48,314 nucleotides of DNA from a virus, in the IMG/VR virus record IMGVR_UViG_3300033186_000014, positions 1-48,314 of that record; one strand, 5' to 3'. The number at the start of each line of letters is the position of its first letter. Within the stretch, counting starts at the first letter, position 1. The position numbers and the translations under genes are program-made. Below, piece after piece: positions 14,314 through 22,824 of the stretch. Below the pieces are notes generated by a model. The model did not search any database and was not told the origin of the DNA. It was given only the letters and a program-made list of their open reading frames with translations.

Positions 14314-14915
14314 AAATCGTTGCAATGGTCCGCTTTAACAACTCTTGGGCTTACGTCTTTGATGAGCCTGTTTCCTTGAAATATCGCGAAGAGATCCATG
14401 ATAAGCGGCGATATCTGATCGGCCAAGATGGCCCTTTCTATAGTTTCCTCAGATACGAGAAATCGGGGCCAACTTGGAAGGCCTTTGCCGGAAGGCCTAT
14501 GCAACTGCGTATGGAAGATGGAACAGTGCGCACTGTCAAAGATGATTGGTGGTCGTGCGAAAGCCCTATCGGGCCAATGTCCAGTATCACCTACAGCACC
14601 GTTGATGAGCTGAAAAAGTGCTACGTCTACACCGGGGCGAGTTGCAAATCTGACGAACTCGAAGAGCTGATTGACGAATACGAAAATCGGAAATCCGAAC
14701 CCTATGGGCATCGTGCTGGTGGCTATCGCTACGACTATGAGGACTTCAGGAAAATTATCAATTTTGATGACTTGCGTAAAAAGGCTTGGCGCGAGGAAGC
14801 CCACCTGAAGAAAGCAAATTCTCACTTGATTAGGAGCGTCAAAGAATGGGCTGCAAAAGCGAAAGCAAAGCCTCGTTTTCGTGTGCCTGCCATTTGCGAA
14901 AGGATCGCGTCATGA
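14310..14915 (+). CDS. Hypothetical protein (201 aa)
   Basis: Internal ATG 14310 overlaps the previous stop (ATGA). Confidence 0.6.
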   Translation: MKIVAMVRFNNSWAYVFDEPVSLKYREEIHDKRRYLIGQDGPFYSFLRYEKSGPTWKAFAGRPMQLRMEDGTVRTVKDDWWSCESPIGPMSSITYSTVDELKKCYVYTGASCKSDELEELIDEYENRKSEPYGHRAGGYRYDYEDFRKIINFDDLRKKAWREEAHLKKANSHLIRSVKEWAAKAKAKPRFRVPAICERIAS

Positions 14916-15085
14916 CAGACCTCACCCTCTGCAAATCATCTATCTGCCCTGTCAAAAAGCGCTGCCGACGCAATGAGGCATGTGAGTCCGCTTACAAAGC
15001 CAGTGAATATCAATCATGGGCCTGTTGGCATCCTCAGTCTGGCGCGTCTTGTCCGGGCTTCATCGATAAGGATTTGGAGTTCTAA
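14912..15085 (+). CDS. Small Cys-rich protein (57 aa)
   Basis: ATGA overlap. Seven Cys residues. Confidence 0.5.
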   Translation: MTDLTLCKSSICPVKKRCRRNEACESAYKASEYQSWACWHPQSGASCPGFIDKDLEF

Positions 15086-15087
15086 TC

Positions 15088-15351
15088 ATGACGCAGTGCT
15101 TGACAATTCCGGCGAATGGGTTCACTGTTGATCCAGCAACGGCAAAATCCGTTGCCGGGATTTGCACCCCGTCTAACTACAGGCGCTCAAACCGCGCCAG
15201 TTTACCTGTCAGCGGTTTTTCTTATGGTCGGGCGTTCGGAGCCACCTCGTGTGGGCCGTTTCCTGTAGGCGGTAGTGCAAACTCCGTTCGTCCGATCACC
15301 CGAGATTTGCACCTCCGTGGTCGGTTCATCAGTCGACTACAGGAAGTGATC
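15088..15351 (+). other. Structured, probably non-coding 264-bp segment (candidate sRNA or leader) with internal repeats
   Basis: TTGACA (15100-15105), 17-bp spacer, CACTGT. Hairpin GCAACGG/CCGTTGC at 15136-15155. Stem AAACCGC/GCGGTTT plus a T-run at 15189-15224. Repeats GATTTGCACC (15159, 15304) and CTACAGG (15177, 15337). The in-frame translation is S/R/G/P-rich and not protein-like. Confidence 0.35.
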
Positions 15352-15936
15352 ATGAGCACGATTCTATCTATTTCCGATATCAATACTCAGATTAACGGCC
15401 AGCCGCGCATGCTAGATATTAGGCTTGCGGAGGCTTTGGGCTTTTCGCGTCCTCGTAAAATCAGGGACGTCATTTCTCGCCACTTGGAAGCTCTTGAAAG
15501 GCTTGGCGAAGTAGTTTGCCCCACTTCGGTGCAAACCCCAAAAGGCGGACGCCCCGGCAAGGAATACTGGCTGACCAAAAAGCAAGCCCTTTACCTCTGC
15601 ACCAAGTCAGAGACCGCCAACGCAACCGAAGTCACCATTCAAATGGTTGAAGTCTTCGACGCGGTCACCAATGGCAAGATGCCTCCATCTGTTGAGACAA
15701 TGGTTCAGTCCATCAAGGCAGGGTCGCGCCTTACAGACGCCTACAGCTTTCTTGATAACGCGCTGGAAGCCCTGCAACAGGGCGATGTGGCTTGGTTCTA
15801 TTTCTACATCGAAATGTCAAAGCGCCTAATCGACGCTGAACGGGCCTGTCAAACCCGCCCCATCACCCTCCATTACTTAAGATCCCTGATTGAACAAGAT
15901 CGCGCACCAACAAAAAAGATTGGAGCAGGCAAATGA
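15352..15936 (+). CDS. Phage regulatory protein, Rha/antirepressor-like winged helix
   Basis: ATG 15352 follows AGGAAG. PRMLDIRLAEALGFSRPRKIRDVISRHLEALERLGEV...GGRPGKEYWLTKKQALYLCTKSETANA. Confidence 0.5.
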   Translation: MSTILSISDINTQINGQPRMLDIRLAEALGFSRPRKIRDVISRHLEALERLGEVVCPTSVQTPKGGRPGKEYWLTKKQALYLCTKSETANATEVTIQMVEVFDAVTNGKMPPSVETMVQSIKAGSRLTDAYSFLDNALEALQQGDVAWFYFYIEMSKRLIDAERACQTRPITLHYLRSLIEQDRAPTKKIGAGK

Positions 15937-16670
15937 ATGGACCAACAGAAAAGCAGGAAAGCAATGTAATCACGCTAGGCCACAACAATCCCCCATCGCC
16001 GTTTGATGAAATCAAGGCCGAAATCACGGGCCTGTATGAAGAGGCCATCAACTGGTGTGATGGGGAAGCCATTGCCAGTCAAGACGTTGCTGACGAAATC
16101 GACAAGCTTGTAGGGCTGATCAAAGACGCTTCCAAACGCGCCGAAACTTTGCGCAAGGAAGAAGTGAAGCCGTTCGACGACGAGAAGAAGGCCATTCAGG
16201 CCAAGTTTAACGAGTTAATCGGCGACACCAAAACCGTGACGGGCCTTGCCGTGAAGGCAGTCCGGTCCTGCAATATGCTGTTAACGCCGTGGAAACAAAA
16301 GCTTGAAGCAGAGCGGCTAGCGAAGGTCGAGGCGGAGTGCAAAGAGGCAGAAGAGAAAACCCGCCTCGCTGCACAGGCCATCCAACAAAGCGCGGGCAAC
16401 TTGGAGGCAAGAGAAGCCGCCGAGGAGCAGCGCAAGGAAGCTGAACGCCTGACCAAATCAGCCAACCGCACGGCAAAGCAGACCGTTAAGGGCATGCGCA
16501 CGGTTCGCAGTGTGAAAATCACAAACATGCGCACCTTGGCGGCATGGTTTTGGGAGCACAAAAGGGATGACCTTGAAGCCTTCATGCTTGAGAAGGTCAC
16601 ACAATATAACCGTGCCGGACAGCGCGGCATTCCTGGCATTGAAGTGAAAGAGGAAAGGGTTGCAAGATGA
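15933..16670 (+). CDS. Coiled-coil protein adjacent to the SSAP (possibly a Gp157-like recombination accessory)
   Basis: GHNNPP motif and long charged helices. ATGA coupling to the SSAP gene. Confidence 0.35.
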   Translation: MNGPTEKQESNVITLGHNNPPSPFDEIKAEITGLYEEAINWCDGEAIASQDVADEIDKLVGLIKDASKRAETLRKEEVKPFDDEKKAIQAKFNELIGDTKTVTGLAVKAVRSCNMLLTPWKQKLEAERLAKVEAECKEAEEKTRLAAQAIQQSAGNLEAREAAEEQRKEAERLTKSANRTAKQTVKGMRTVRSVKITNMRTLAAWFWEHKRDDLEAFMLEKVTQYNRAGQRGIPGIEVKEERVAR

Positions 16671-17413
16671 ACGAAGAGCAAAAAACCGCACTGGCAAAAT
16701 TGCGCGAGCCTTTCAAAGACAACCAGATTAGCAAGTTGCCGAAAGAAACAAAAAAGCAGATTGAGGAAAGAAAGAGCGGACAGAATTGCATTCGCTGCAA
16801 AATCTGCGGTGGCTGGCACCATAAAAATGCGGTCCATCTGGATTATGTGGGCCACGCGGCTTTGACTGACCGCTTATTGGATGTGGATCCAGAATGGGAC
16901 TGGCAGCCCACTGGCTTTGATGAGAACGGAGCACCATCTTTTGATCAGTTCGGCGGCATGTGGATTAAGCTGACTATTTGCGGCATGACGCGCCTAGGCT
17001 ATGGGCACCCGGACGGGAAGCGGGGCGGCGACGCTGTCAAAGAAGTCATTGGCGATGCTTTGCGAAACGCGGCTATGCGCTTTGGGGCAGCACTTGACCT
17101 CTGGCACAAAGGTGAGTTGCACATTGATGACGATCAGGGCGGTGCTGAATATCAAAACACCAACCAGCCCCAACAACTAGCCAGCAAGGCAAACTCACGC
17201 GATACCTATGAACGACTGACAAAAGCAGTCAGGGCACATAGGACGTTGTCCGACTTTAACAGATGGTTTGAAAACCATCATGTAGAGCACGCAATCAAGA
17301 GTCTTCCGCAAGATTGGTTCAGGCAATTCGAGGCTGAATGCGCAGCAAAAGAAGACGAGTTAAAGACAAACGAAACGCCAGACAACAACCCGTTTACACA
17401 TGCAGCCGAATGA
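16667..17413 (+). CDS. Rad52/Sak-family single-strand annealing protein
   Basis: AALTDRLLDVDPEWDW...MWIKLTICGMTRLGYG...DAVKEVIGDALRNAAMRFGAALDLW fits the Rad52-like SSAP core. Contains an extra CIRCKICGGWHH knuckle. Confidence 0.6.
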   Translation: MNEEQKTALAKLREPFKDNQISKLPKETKKQIEERKSGQNCIRCKICGGWHHKNAVHLDYVGHAALTDRLLDVDPEWDWQPTGFDENGAPSFDQFGGMWIKLTICGMTRLGYGHPDGKRGGDAVKEVIGDALRNAAMRFGAALDLWHKGELHIDDDQGGAEYQNTNQPQQLASKANSRDTYERLTKAVRAHRTLSDFNRWFENHHVEHAIKSLPQDWFRQFEAECAAKEDELKTNETPDNNPFTHAAE

Positions 17414-17654
17414 CCGCCCAGCTAGATATCACAAGGGCATGAGCCTTGATGACCTGATGGCCTATGATCAGCTTTCTTTGATGTGCTGGCACTTGGAAGT
17501 GACGGGATCTGACTTTGACAAATTTTGCAAGTTTATGGGTGTTGGCTCGGTCTACGAAATGACTGTGCACCAGTTTTTCAAGGCCAATAAGGCAATAAAC
17601 GACAAGGTAGACAAGCTAAACAGGAGGCAGCGACGTGAACACAAGGCTGGTTGA
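17400..17654 (+). CDS. Hypothetical protein (start uncertain, 17400 or 17439)
   Basis: Open frame between the SSAP and NinB-like genes. Confidence 0.45.
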   Translation: MQPNDRPARYHKGMSLDDLMAYDQLSLMCWHLEVTGSDFDKFCKFMGVGSVYEMTVHQFFKANKAINDKVDKLNRRQRREHKAG

Positions 17655-18111
17655 CACAGAACAAGCACGAATGATGGCTGTCAGGTTCATCCAGAACCAG
17701 CCGCTTCCGTTTGCAATGCGCGTCACAAAGGATAGCAAGCGCTCAATAGAGCAGAACAGACTGCAATTCCTTTGGGTCAAGGAAGCATCGGAACAGCTAC
17801 AGGATCACACGCCAGAGCAATACAGGGCCTACTGCAAGCTACACTATGGCGTGCCTATCCTTCGCAACGATGATGATCAATTCCGGACTCTCTATGACGA
17901 GATGATTAGGCCTCTCAGCTACGAGAACAAGTTGAAACTAATGTCGCCGCCGATTGACCTGCCAATTACCAGCCAAATGACGGTGAAGCAGTTAACCCAA
18001 TACTTGAATGAAGTTCATGCTCACTTCTCAAGTCTTGGCGTGGTGTTGACCGATCCAGAAGACAGGAAATGGCGCACGTTTTTGGAAACCAACCGTAAGG
18101 AGGTCGCGTGA
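17635..18111 (+). CDS. NinB/Orf-like recombination mediator
   Basis: GTG start 7 nt after AGGAGG. KRSIEQNRLQFLWVKEASEQL resembles the NinB pattern. Size 158 aa. Confidence 0.45.
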   Translation: MNTRLVDTEQARMMAVRFIQNQPLPFAMRVTKDSKRSIEQNRLQFLWVKEASEQLQDHTPEQYRAYCKLHYGVPILRNDDDQFRTLYDEMIRPLSYENKLKLMSPPIDLPITSQMTVKQLTQYLNEVHAHFSSLGVVLTDPEDRKWRTFLETNRKEVA

Positions 18112-19232
18112 TGGCTGAACATAGCAAAATCGAATGGACTGACCACACTTTCAACCCATGGATGGGCTGCACTGCGGTCTCTCCTGCTTGCGACCATTGT
18201 TATGCAGAAGCGCAGACGGCTCGGTTCAGGCAAGTTGATTGGGGCGCGAAGGCACCCCGCAAGCGGACAAGCGCGGCGAACTGGAAAAAGCCTCTTGTCT
18301 GGAATCGCAAGGCAGAGAAAGCGGGCAAGAGGGCCAAAGTCTTTTGTGCGTCTCTAGCTGATGTATTCGACAATCACAAGTCTATCCTGCCGGAATGGCG
18401 TACGGACCTTTGGGCGCTGATCAGAGCGACCCCTTGGCTTGATTGGCTTCTGCTGACGAAACGTCCTCAGAACATCACGAAGTTTTTGCCGAATGATTGG
18501 GGCGATGGTTATCGCAATGTTTGGCTGGGTGTGACGGTCGAGAACCAAGAGGAAGCAAATCGGCGCATTCCTATCCTGCTGAACACGCCTGCATCAAAGC
18601 GCTTCTTAAGCTGTGAGCCATTGTTAGGAATTCTAAATCTTAAATCTTGGCTCCCCAACAGCTATGAATGCGCTGACTTATGTGGGCACCGACTGCCTGA
18701 AGCACCAGATGTTATCCGCTGTACCAGTTGTCATCATGAAGCGAAAAACACGTATGAGATCTGGGGCGACGAAGAGGTCGAGATCTGCCCTGAATGCAAA
18801 AACTATGTCCAGACTGAGCCAGTTTGCGAAAGATGCGGAGCTTACATGGTAACAGGGCACCCGGACACCAAGCATGTCAACTGGGTCATCTGCGGAGGCG
18901 AGAGCGGCCCCGGTGCCCGGCCTATGCACCCAGATTGGGTTCGTAGTCTGCAAGAACAGTGCAATGAAACTGAAACCAATTTCTTTTTCAAGCAGTGGGG
19001 ATCTTGGGTGGTTGAGATTGACCGCGATAAGGATGATCCGGACTGGCGAGCGCCTTACAGCAAATATGAACAGTCGGATCGATATTGCGGACTCAATCTT
19101 GCTGGCGGTATTGGTTTTCATGGTGAGCGTTATCACGTCATGAAGCGCGTTGGTAAGAAGTCTGCCGGTCACCTCCTCGACGGCGTTGAGCATCGCGAAA
19201 TGCCGAAAAGCGGGGGGGGGTGTGATGGCTGA
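18111..19232 (+). CDS. Phage Gp37/Gp68 (DUF5131) family protein with a Cys-rich insertion
   Basis: IEWTDHTFNPWMGCTAVSPACDHCYAE...VFCASLADVFD...WLLLTKRP...FLSCEPLL...VICGGESGPGARPMHPDWVRSL...FFFKQWG. An ~80-aa insert carries CxxxC plus three CxxC. Confidence 0.75.
   Translation: MAEHSKIEWTDHTFNPWMGCTAVSPACDHCYAEAQTARFRQVDWGAKAPRKRTSAANWKKPLVWNRKAEKAGKRAKVFCASLADVFDNHKSILPEWRTDLWALIRATPWLDWLLLTKRPQNITKFLPNDWGDGYRNVWLGVTVENQEEANRRIPILLNTPASKRFLSCEPLLGILNLKSWLPNSYECADLCGHRLPEAPDVIRCTSCHHEAKNTYEIWGDEEVEICPECKNYVQTEPVCERCGAYMVTGHPDTKHVNWVICGGESGPGARPMHPDWVRSLQEQCNETETNFFFKQWGSWVVEIDRDKDDPDWRAPYSKYEQSDRYCGLNLAGGIGFHGERYHVMKRVGKKSAGHLLDGVEHREMPKSGGGCDG
19212..19220 (+). repeat. G9 homopolymer at the DUF5131/Lar gene junction
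   Basis: cGGGGGGGGGtgtgATG. It encodes GGG of ..KSGGGCDG* and ends 4 nt before the Lar ATG. Confidence 0.95.
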
Positions 19233-19620
19233 ACATGAACTGAAACCGTGCCCGTTTTGTGGTGGTGAAGCCAGCATAAACAAAGATTACGATCTTGATG
19301 GGTATGGAAGATTTGACAGCGTCAAGTGTCGGAAGTGCGGTGCCAAGTCGCGAGAAATATACGCAAGGGTAGGCAATGGCTGCCCAGTCCACTACGCCAC
19401 TGTTCGGGATGCTTGGAACACCCGCCCTATAGAAGACGCCCAAGCCGCCCGGATCAAGGAGCTGGAAGCGGCTTTGAAGAAAGCTTCTGCTGCCCTCAAT
19501 GTTTTTGATCGCACCTCCCCAAATCATGAAGTCATTTTCACGGGCAAGTTTGCCCATATGGGGGTGGCCCGCGTCTCTGACATTCTCGACGAAGCCAACC
19601 AAGCCTTGGAGGGCAAGTAG
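19225..19620 (+). CDS. lar: Lar-family restriction alleviation protein
   Basis: ELKPCPFCGGEASI...KCRKCGAKS...VRDAWNTRP is the Lar zinc-ribbon signature. Confidence 0.7.
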   Translation: MAEHELKPCPFCGGEASINKDYDLDGYGRFDSVKCRKCGAKSREIYARVGNGCPVHYATVRDAWNTRPIEDAQAARIKELEAALKKASAALNVFDRTSPNHEVIFTGKFAHMGVARVSDILDEANQALEGK

Positions 19621-19971
19621 ATGAATAGACTGGATGCTTTAAAAAAACTGCTTGAGAACGTGAAGGAGGGAACGGCGATACAAAAGGATTGTATTTCAGC
19701 CTTATCTTTTGACGGGCTTTTAAACTCAACCGCAGACTATGCTTGCGATGCCTACCACGGTTCCCTTACCGCTGCGAAGATGCTCCATGAGGACGTTCTA
19801 CATGAACGTGTTGTTAAGCTTGAGACGTGGTCAAGGCGCTACGGGGGCACAGTCGTTTTGATGGATTTAGGCCATCAGATCAGTGAAGGTGCCAATACAG
19901 ACAATAACCCCGCTCGCGCTTGGCTCATAGCCATCCTGAAAGTTCTTATCGCAAAGGAGCAGGAAGCATGA
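19621..19971 (+). CDS. Hypothetical protein
   Basis: Starts immediately after the Lar stop. ATGA overlap downstream. Confidence 0.6.
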   Translation: MNRLDALKKLLENVKEGTAIQKDCISALSFDGLLNSTADYACDAYHGSLTAAKMLHEDVLHERVVKLETWSRRYGGTVVLMDLGHQISEGANTDNNPARAWLIAILKVLIAKEQEA

Positions 19972-20309
19972 TCAAATCAGTCTTGTGCTGGCTTAAAGGT
20001 CGTCACCAGTTTGTTGAGGCGGGATGGCTGCTTTACGACGGGAACTCTAAACCAACTAGATGGCGCTGCGAGCGGTGTGGTCTCATTAAGAACGAAGAAC
20101 CACCGCGATCTGCCGAAAAACAAGCAATCATCCGCGCATATGGACTGCTATGGCGAGACACAGAGCCGAGTGATAATGGCATGAAGTTTAAAGCCCGAAA
20201 ATCGCTACTAGCCGTCCTTACAAAAGATGAGCAGAAAGAGGCCATTCAAGCAGTCCACGAAGAATACGGTCCTGTGACAGATGCCGAAGCTATGAGGAAT
20301 TTAGAATGA
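19968..20309 (+). CDS. Hypothetical protein
   Basis: ATGA overlaps on both sides. Confidence 0.6.
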   Translation: MIKSVLCWLKGRHQFVEAGWLLYDGNSKPTRWRCERCGLIKNEEPPRSAEKQAIIRAYGLLWRDTEPSDNGMKFKARKSLLAVLTKDEQKEAIQAVHEEYGPVTDAEAMRNLE

Positions 20310-20497
20310 CTCAGACAATAGCCCGCGCCACCAATGACAAAGGGCAGGTGGTGGAGCTTCAACAGCAATCAGGCGATCATTTCGAGCTTTATCGCGTTAC
20401 TCATAACGGCTTCGTGCTTTGCAACTGGTCAAATGAGCAAAACGCATATGCCCAATTCGCCAACGCCTGCGCAGTGGAGAGCAAAGACCATGAGTGA
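20306..20497 (+). CDS. Hypothetical protein (63 aa)
   Basis: Overlap-coupled on both sides. Confidence 0.55.
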   Translation: MTQTIARATNDKGQVVELQQQSGDHFELYRVTHNGFVLCNWSNEQNAYAQFANACAVESKDHE

Positions 20498-20717
20498 GAA
20501 GAGAGACAAGTTTTGGATGGTTTGGCGCGAGAACAGCCCCACAACCCGCTACCGTCACTGGAGCAAACAGGCTGCGAAACGAGAGGCTGAACGTCTGAGC
20601 CAGCAGAACCCGGGCGAGGTGTTCTATGTGCTCAAGACAACTGCAGCAATGATCACCGAGCCCTCACCAGTCAAGAAAGTTAAACTGGTCGAAGCTTATG
20701 ACCAAATCCCGTTTTAG
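20490..20717 (+). CDS. Hypothetical protein (75 aa)
   Basis: ATG 20490 overlaps the previous stop. Encodes KFWMVWRENSPTTRYRHWSKQAAKREAERLSQQNPGEVFYVLK. Confidence 0.55.
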   Translation: MSEKRDKFWMVWRENSPTTRYRHWSKQAAKREAERLSQQNPGEVFYVLKTTAAMITEPSPVKKVKLVEAYDQIPF

Positions 20718-20730
20718 GGGGCCCACACCA

Positions 20731-21150
20731 ATGACTGACTATTGCTATTCATTAGATGAAGAAAACTTCTCATACAATGATCTGGACGAAGCGATCCAGT
20801 TTCATTGGGATGATAATGGACAATCTGATTTTGTTGTTTATCGCGGAATCAAGAGCAGAAGAGCCATATCTCACTACCTGAACGTTGACGTTGATAATGC
20901 GATCAATGCCGCATGGGATGAGCACAGCGAATATGCAGACGGCTTTCTTAGCAGTTCGACACAGGAACAAGAAAACGAACTAAAGGCAGAAGTGTCTAAG
21001 GTTGTCGAAGCATGGGCCACAAAGCACGGTCACACCGTCGATTTCTGGGACGTTTACAACGTAAAGCCTCTGCATATTCGGATTGTTGGCAGCTTGGATC
21101 ACGATGGCCATTATGAGGTTGTCAGTAAAGGAGACGGAGACCTCCTATGA
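20731..21150 (+). CDS. Hypothetical acidic protein
   Basis: ATG 20731 follows AGGGGG. Confidence 0.6.
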   Translation: MTDYCYSLDEENFSYNDLDEAIQFHWDDNGQSDFVVYRGIKSRRAISHYLNVDVDNAINAAWDEHSEYADGFLSSSTQEQENELKAEVSKVVEAWATKHGHTVDFWDVYNVKPLHIRIVGSLDHDGHYEVVSKGDGDLL

Positions 21151-21413
21151 GTGACAATGGACAATTGCCCGAAGAAATCGGGGTTTGTGAAAGCTGTATG
21201 AAAATCATCCGGGAAGGGGATCGCTTTGCGCCTTGCAGCGACGATATCAAACTTTGCAAAGATTGTGCGCCAACCTATCAGGACATGGTCGATAGGCCTT
21301 CTTATTTTGAAGATGATGAAGGTGAGCCGCTTACTTTCCGGAAGGCAAAAAACATGGCTGACGCCCACGCCGCTACAGGCGGCAAGCTGACCGACAAGAT
21401 GGTGATATCATGA
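21147..21413 (+). CDS. Hypothetical Cys-containing protein
   Basis: ATGA overlap. Contains CESC and CKDC pairs. Confidence 0.55.
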   Translation: MSDNGQLPEEIGVCESCMKIIREGDRFAPCSDDIKLCKDCAPTYQDMVDRPSYFEDDEGEPLTFRKAKNMADAHAATGGKLTDKMVIS

Positions 21414-21484
21414 CTGACACGCTCATAGAGAAGATTGCAGAAGTCGAGAAGCATAACATGGCGCTCAATCTGGGAGGGGAGTGA
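21410..21484 (+). CDS. Possible 24-aa ORF
   Basis: ATGA overlap. It fills the gap to the next gene. Confidence 0.25.
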   Translation: MTDTLIEKIAEVEKHNMALNLGGE

Positions 21485-21485
21485 G

Positions 21486-21827
21486 ATGGCTTTCATCCTC
21501 AAGCGATTTGTTGTTGGCGTTCATGGATATGGTAACAACCATTTCTACGCAAAGAACAAAAATCAGGCTCGAATGCGGGCATTCCGAGCATTGCAGTCAA
21601 CCAATAGTGCAATCACGTTCAAGAGGTTCCTGCAAATCTTGTCGTTTATTAAGCCTGCTGAAAGTCCTGCAGGCTTTGGCCAAGGCATTCTTGTGCAAGG
21701 TAAGCCAGCTCATTGGATCGAGAATGCGGGCGGTAACAGCATCCGGTTCTGTTGGCCAGATAGTGACCAAATACTCTTATCTCACGAACTGGACGTTACC
21801 TTTCCAAAACAGGAGGGAGAGTATTAA
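21486..21827 (+). CDS. Hypothetical protein
   Basis: ATG 21486 lies directly after the preceding stop. Confidence 0.55.
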   Translation: MAFILKRFVVGVHGYGNNHFYAKNKNQARMRAFRALQSTNSAITFKRFLQILSFIKPAESPAGFGQGILVQGKPAHWIENAGGNSIRFCWPDSDQILLSHELDVTFPKQEGEY

Positions 21828-21828
21828 G

Positions 21829-22212
21829 ATGGCACGCATAGCCCCTTTGCCCAGCGGGCCATTGTTCAAAGGCCAGCAAAAACGCCCCAGAAAGCGCAGC
21901 AAGGACAATCTTGTCGCTATCCATGACCTACCTTGCATCCTCACGGGAGAAAGGCCTGTAGAAGCCGCACACCTGCGCTCTGCATGTCGTGAGCTTGGTA
22001 AACGAGAAACAGGCATGCAGGAAAAGCCAGACGATATCTATGTTGTACCTCTCTCGCCAAAGAAGCACCGGGAACAGCATAGCATGAATGAAATCGAGTT
22101 TTGGGGAAAGCACGGCTACCAGTGGTGTGAAGTTGTTGCCCTGTCTCAAGCTCTATACCTCAACAGAGACAATCTGGAAGCCTGCCAAAACATAATTCAA
22201 GGAGCCAGATGA
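21829..22212 (+). CDS. HNH-like protein of the DUF968 / P1 Ref (RecA-dependent nuclease) type
   Basis: AGGAGGGAGA SD. LPCILTGERPVEAAHLRSA..GKRETGMQEKPDDIYVVPLSPKKHREQHSMNEIEFWG follows the pattern C...aH...G.KP.D..v.PL...H...H...FW. Confidence 0.4.
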   Translation: MARIAPLPSGPLFKGQQKRPRKRSKDNLVAIHDLPCILTGERPVEAAHLRSACRELGKRETGMQEKPDDIYVVPLSPKKHREQHSMNEIEFWGKHGYQWCEVVALSQALYLNRDNLEACQNIIQGAR

Positions 22213-22391
22213 TGACCGCAGGAGCCGCCTTTATATTAGCGCTCGGTGCCCTCTTTATGTTTTGGGAGTGGAAAAATCTGCGCCAAAGCTACCCACGAGA
22301 GAAATACGACCAGAAAAGCCGTACCCGCTTCTTGGAGCAATGGAACGGCGATCTGTCGGTTTTGACAAAGGACAACCCCAATGAGCAATAA
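22209..22391 (+). CDS. Small membrane protein (60 aa)
   Basis: N-terminal TM AGAAFILALGALFMFW. ATGA overlap. Confidence 0.5.
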   Translation: MMTAGAAFILALGALFMFWEWKNLRQSYPREKYDQKSRTRFLEQWNGDLSVLTKDNPNEQ

Positions 22392-22818
22392 GGAAAACAC
22401 CTCCAAAGAAATGAGCAGCGCACTCACAAAGCGGGTGGCTCAAGAGGTCCGTGACGCTCTTGCTATCACCTATCAGAAAGAGTTCACGCCAAAGGCTGAG
22501 GACTATCACGATATTGTTGGCATGGTTCTGGAAAGCATCCAGAAAACCCATGCTCTGGTTGATTGGTCTGCCATGGAGTGGAAGCCTATAGAGGAAGCGT
22601 CGAAAGAAGATGCTGAGAGGATGCAAGGTGGCGCTTTTCACTATCGAGGCATGTGGATCACCGACAAGAGAGTTGATGGCCTTCGGCGCTTTGAAACTCA
22701 GTACGGACGCCTTGATGGAGGCGGTGACTTTGTGGACGAGTACAGCGAAGACCTTGGGTGGCCGCCAGAAGAATACGACTTCTATCTTTTCCTCCCACCA
22801 CCACCAGAGGAAGAGTAG
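22381..22818 (+). CDS. Hypothetical protein
   Basis: 145-aa ORF with an acidic, Pro-rich C-terminus. Confidence 0.55.
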   Translation: MSNKENTSKEMSSALTKRVAQEVRDALAITYQKEFTPKAEDYHDIVGMVLESIQKTHALVDWSAMEWKPIEEASKEDAERMQGGAFHYRGMWITDKRVDGLRRFETQYGRLDGGGDFVDEYSEDLGWPPEEYDFYLFLPPPPEEE

Positions 22819-22824
22819 GTAGGC

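Noticed and set aside
14256-14825. 189-aa minus-strand ORF
   Set aside because: Antisense to an overlap-coupled plus-strand gene chain.
15268-15275. GGCGGTAG, the 8-nt core of the E. coli RfaH ops element (also at 24774-24781)
   Set aside because: Both copies are on the plus strand, not in the minus-strand late operon, and the following bases differ from ops (GGCGGTAGnnTG). About 1-2 chance occurrences of an 8-mer are expected in 48 kb on two strands.
16196-16855. 219-aa minus-strand ORF
   Set aside because: A shadow ORF antisense to the coiled-coil and SSAP genes, which have clear motifs and overlap coupling.
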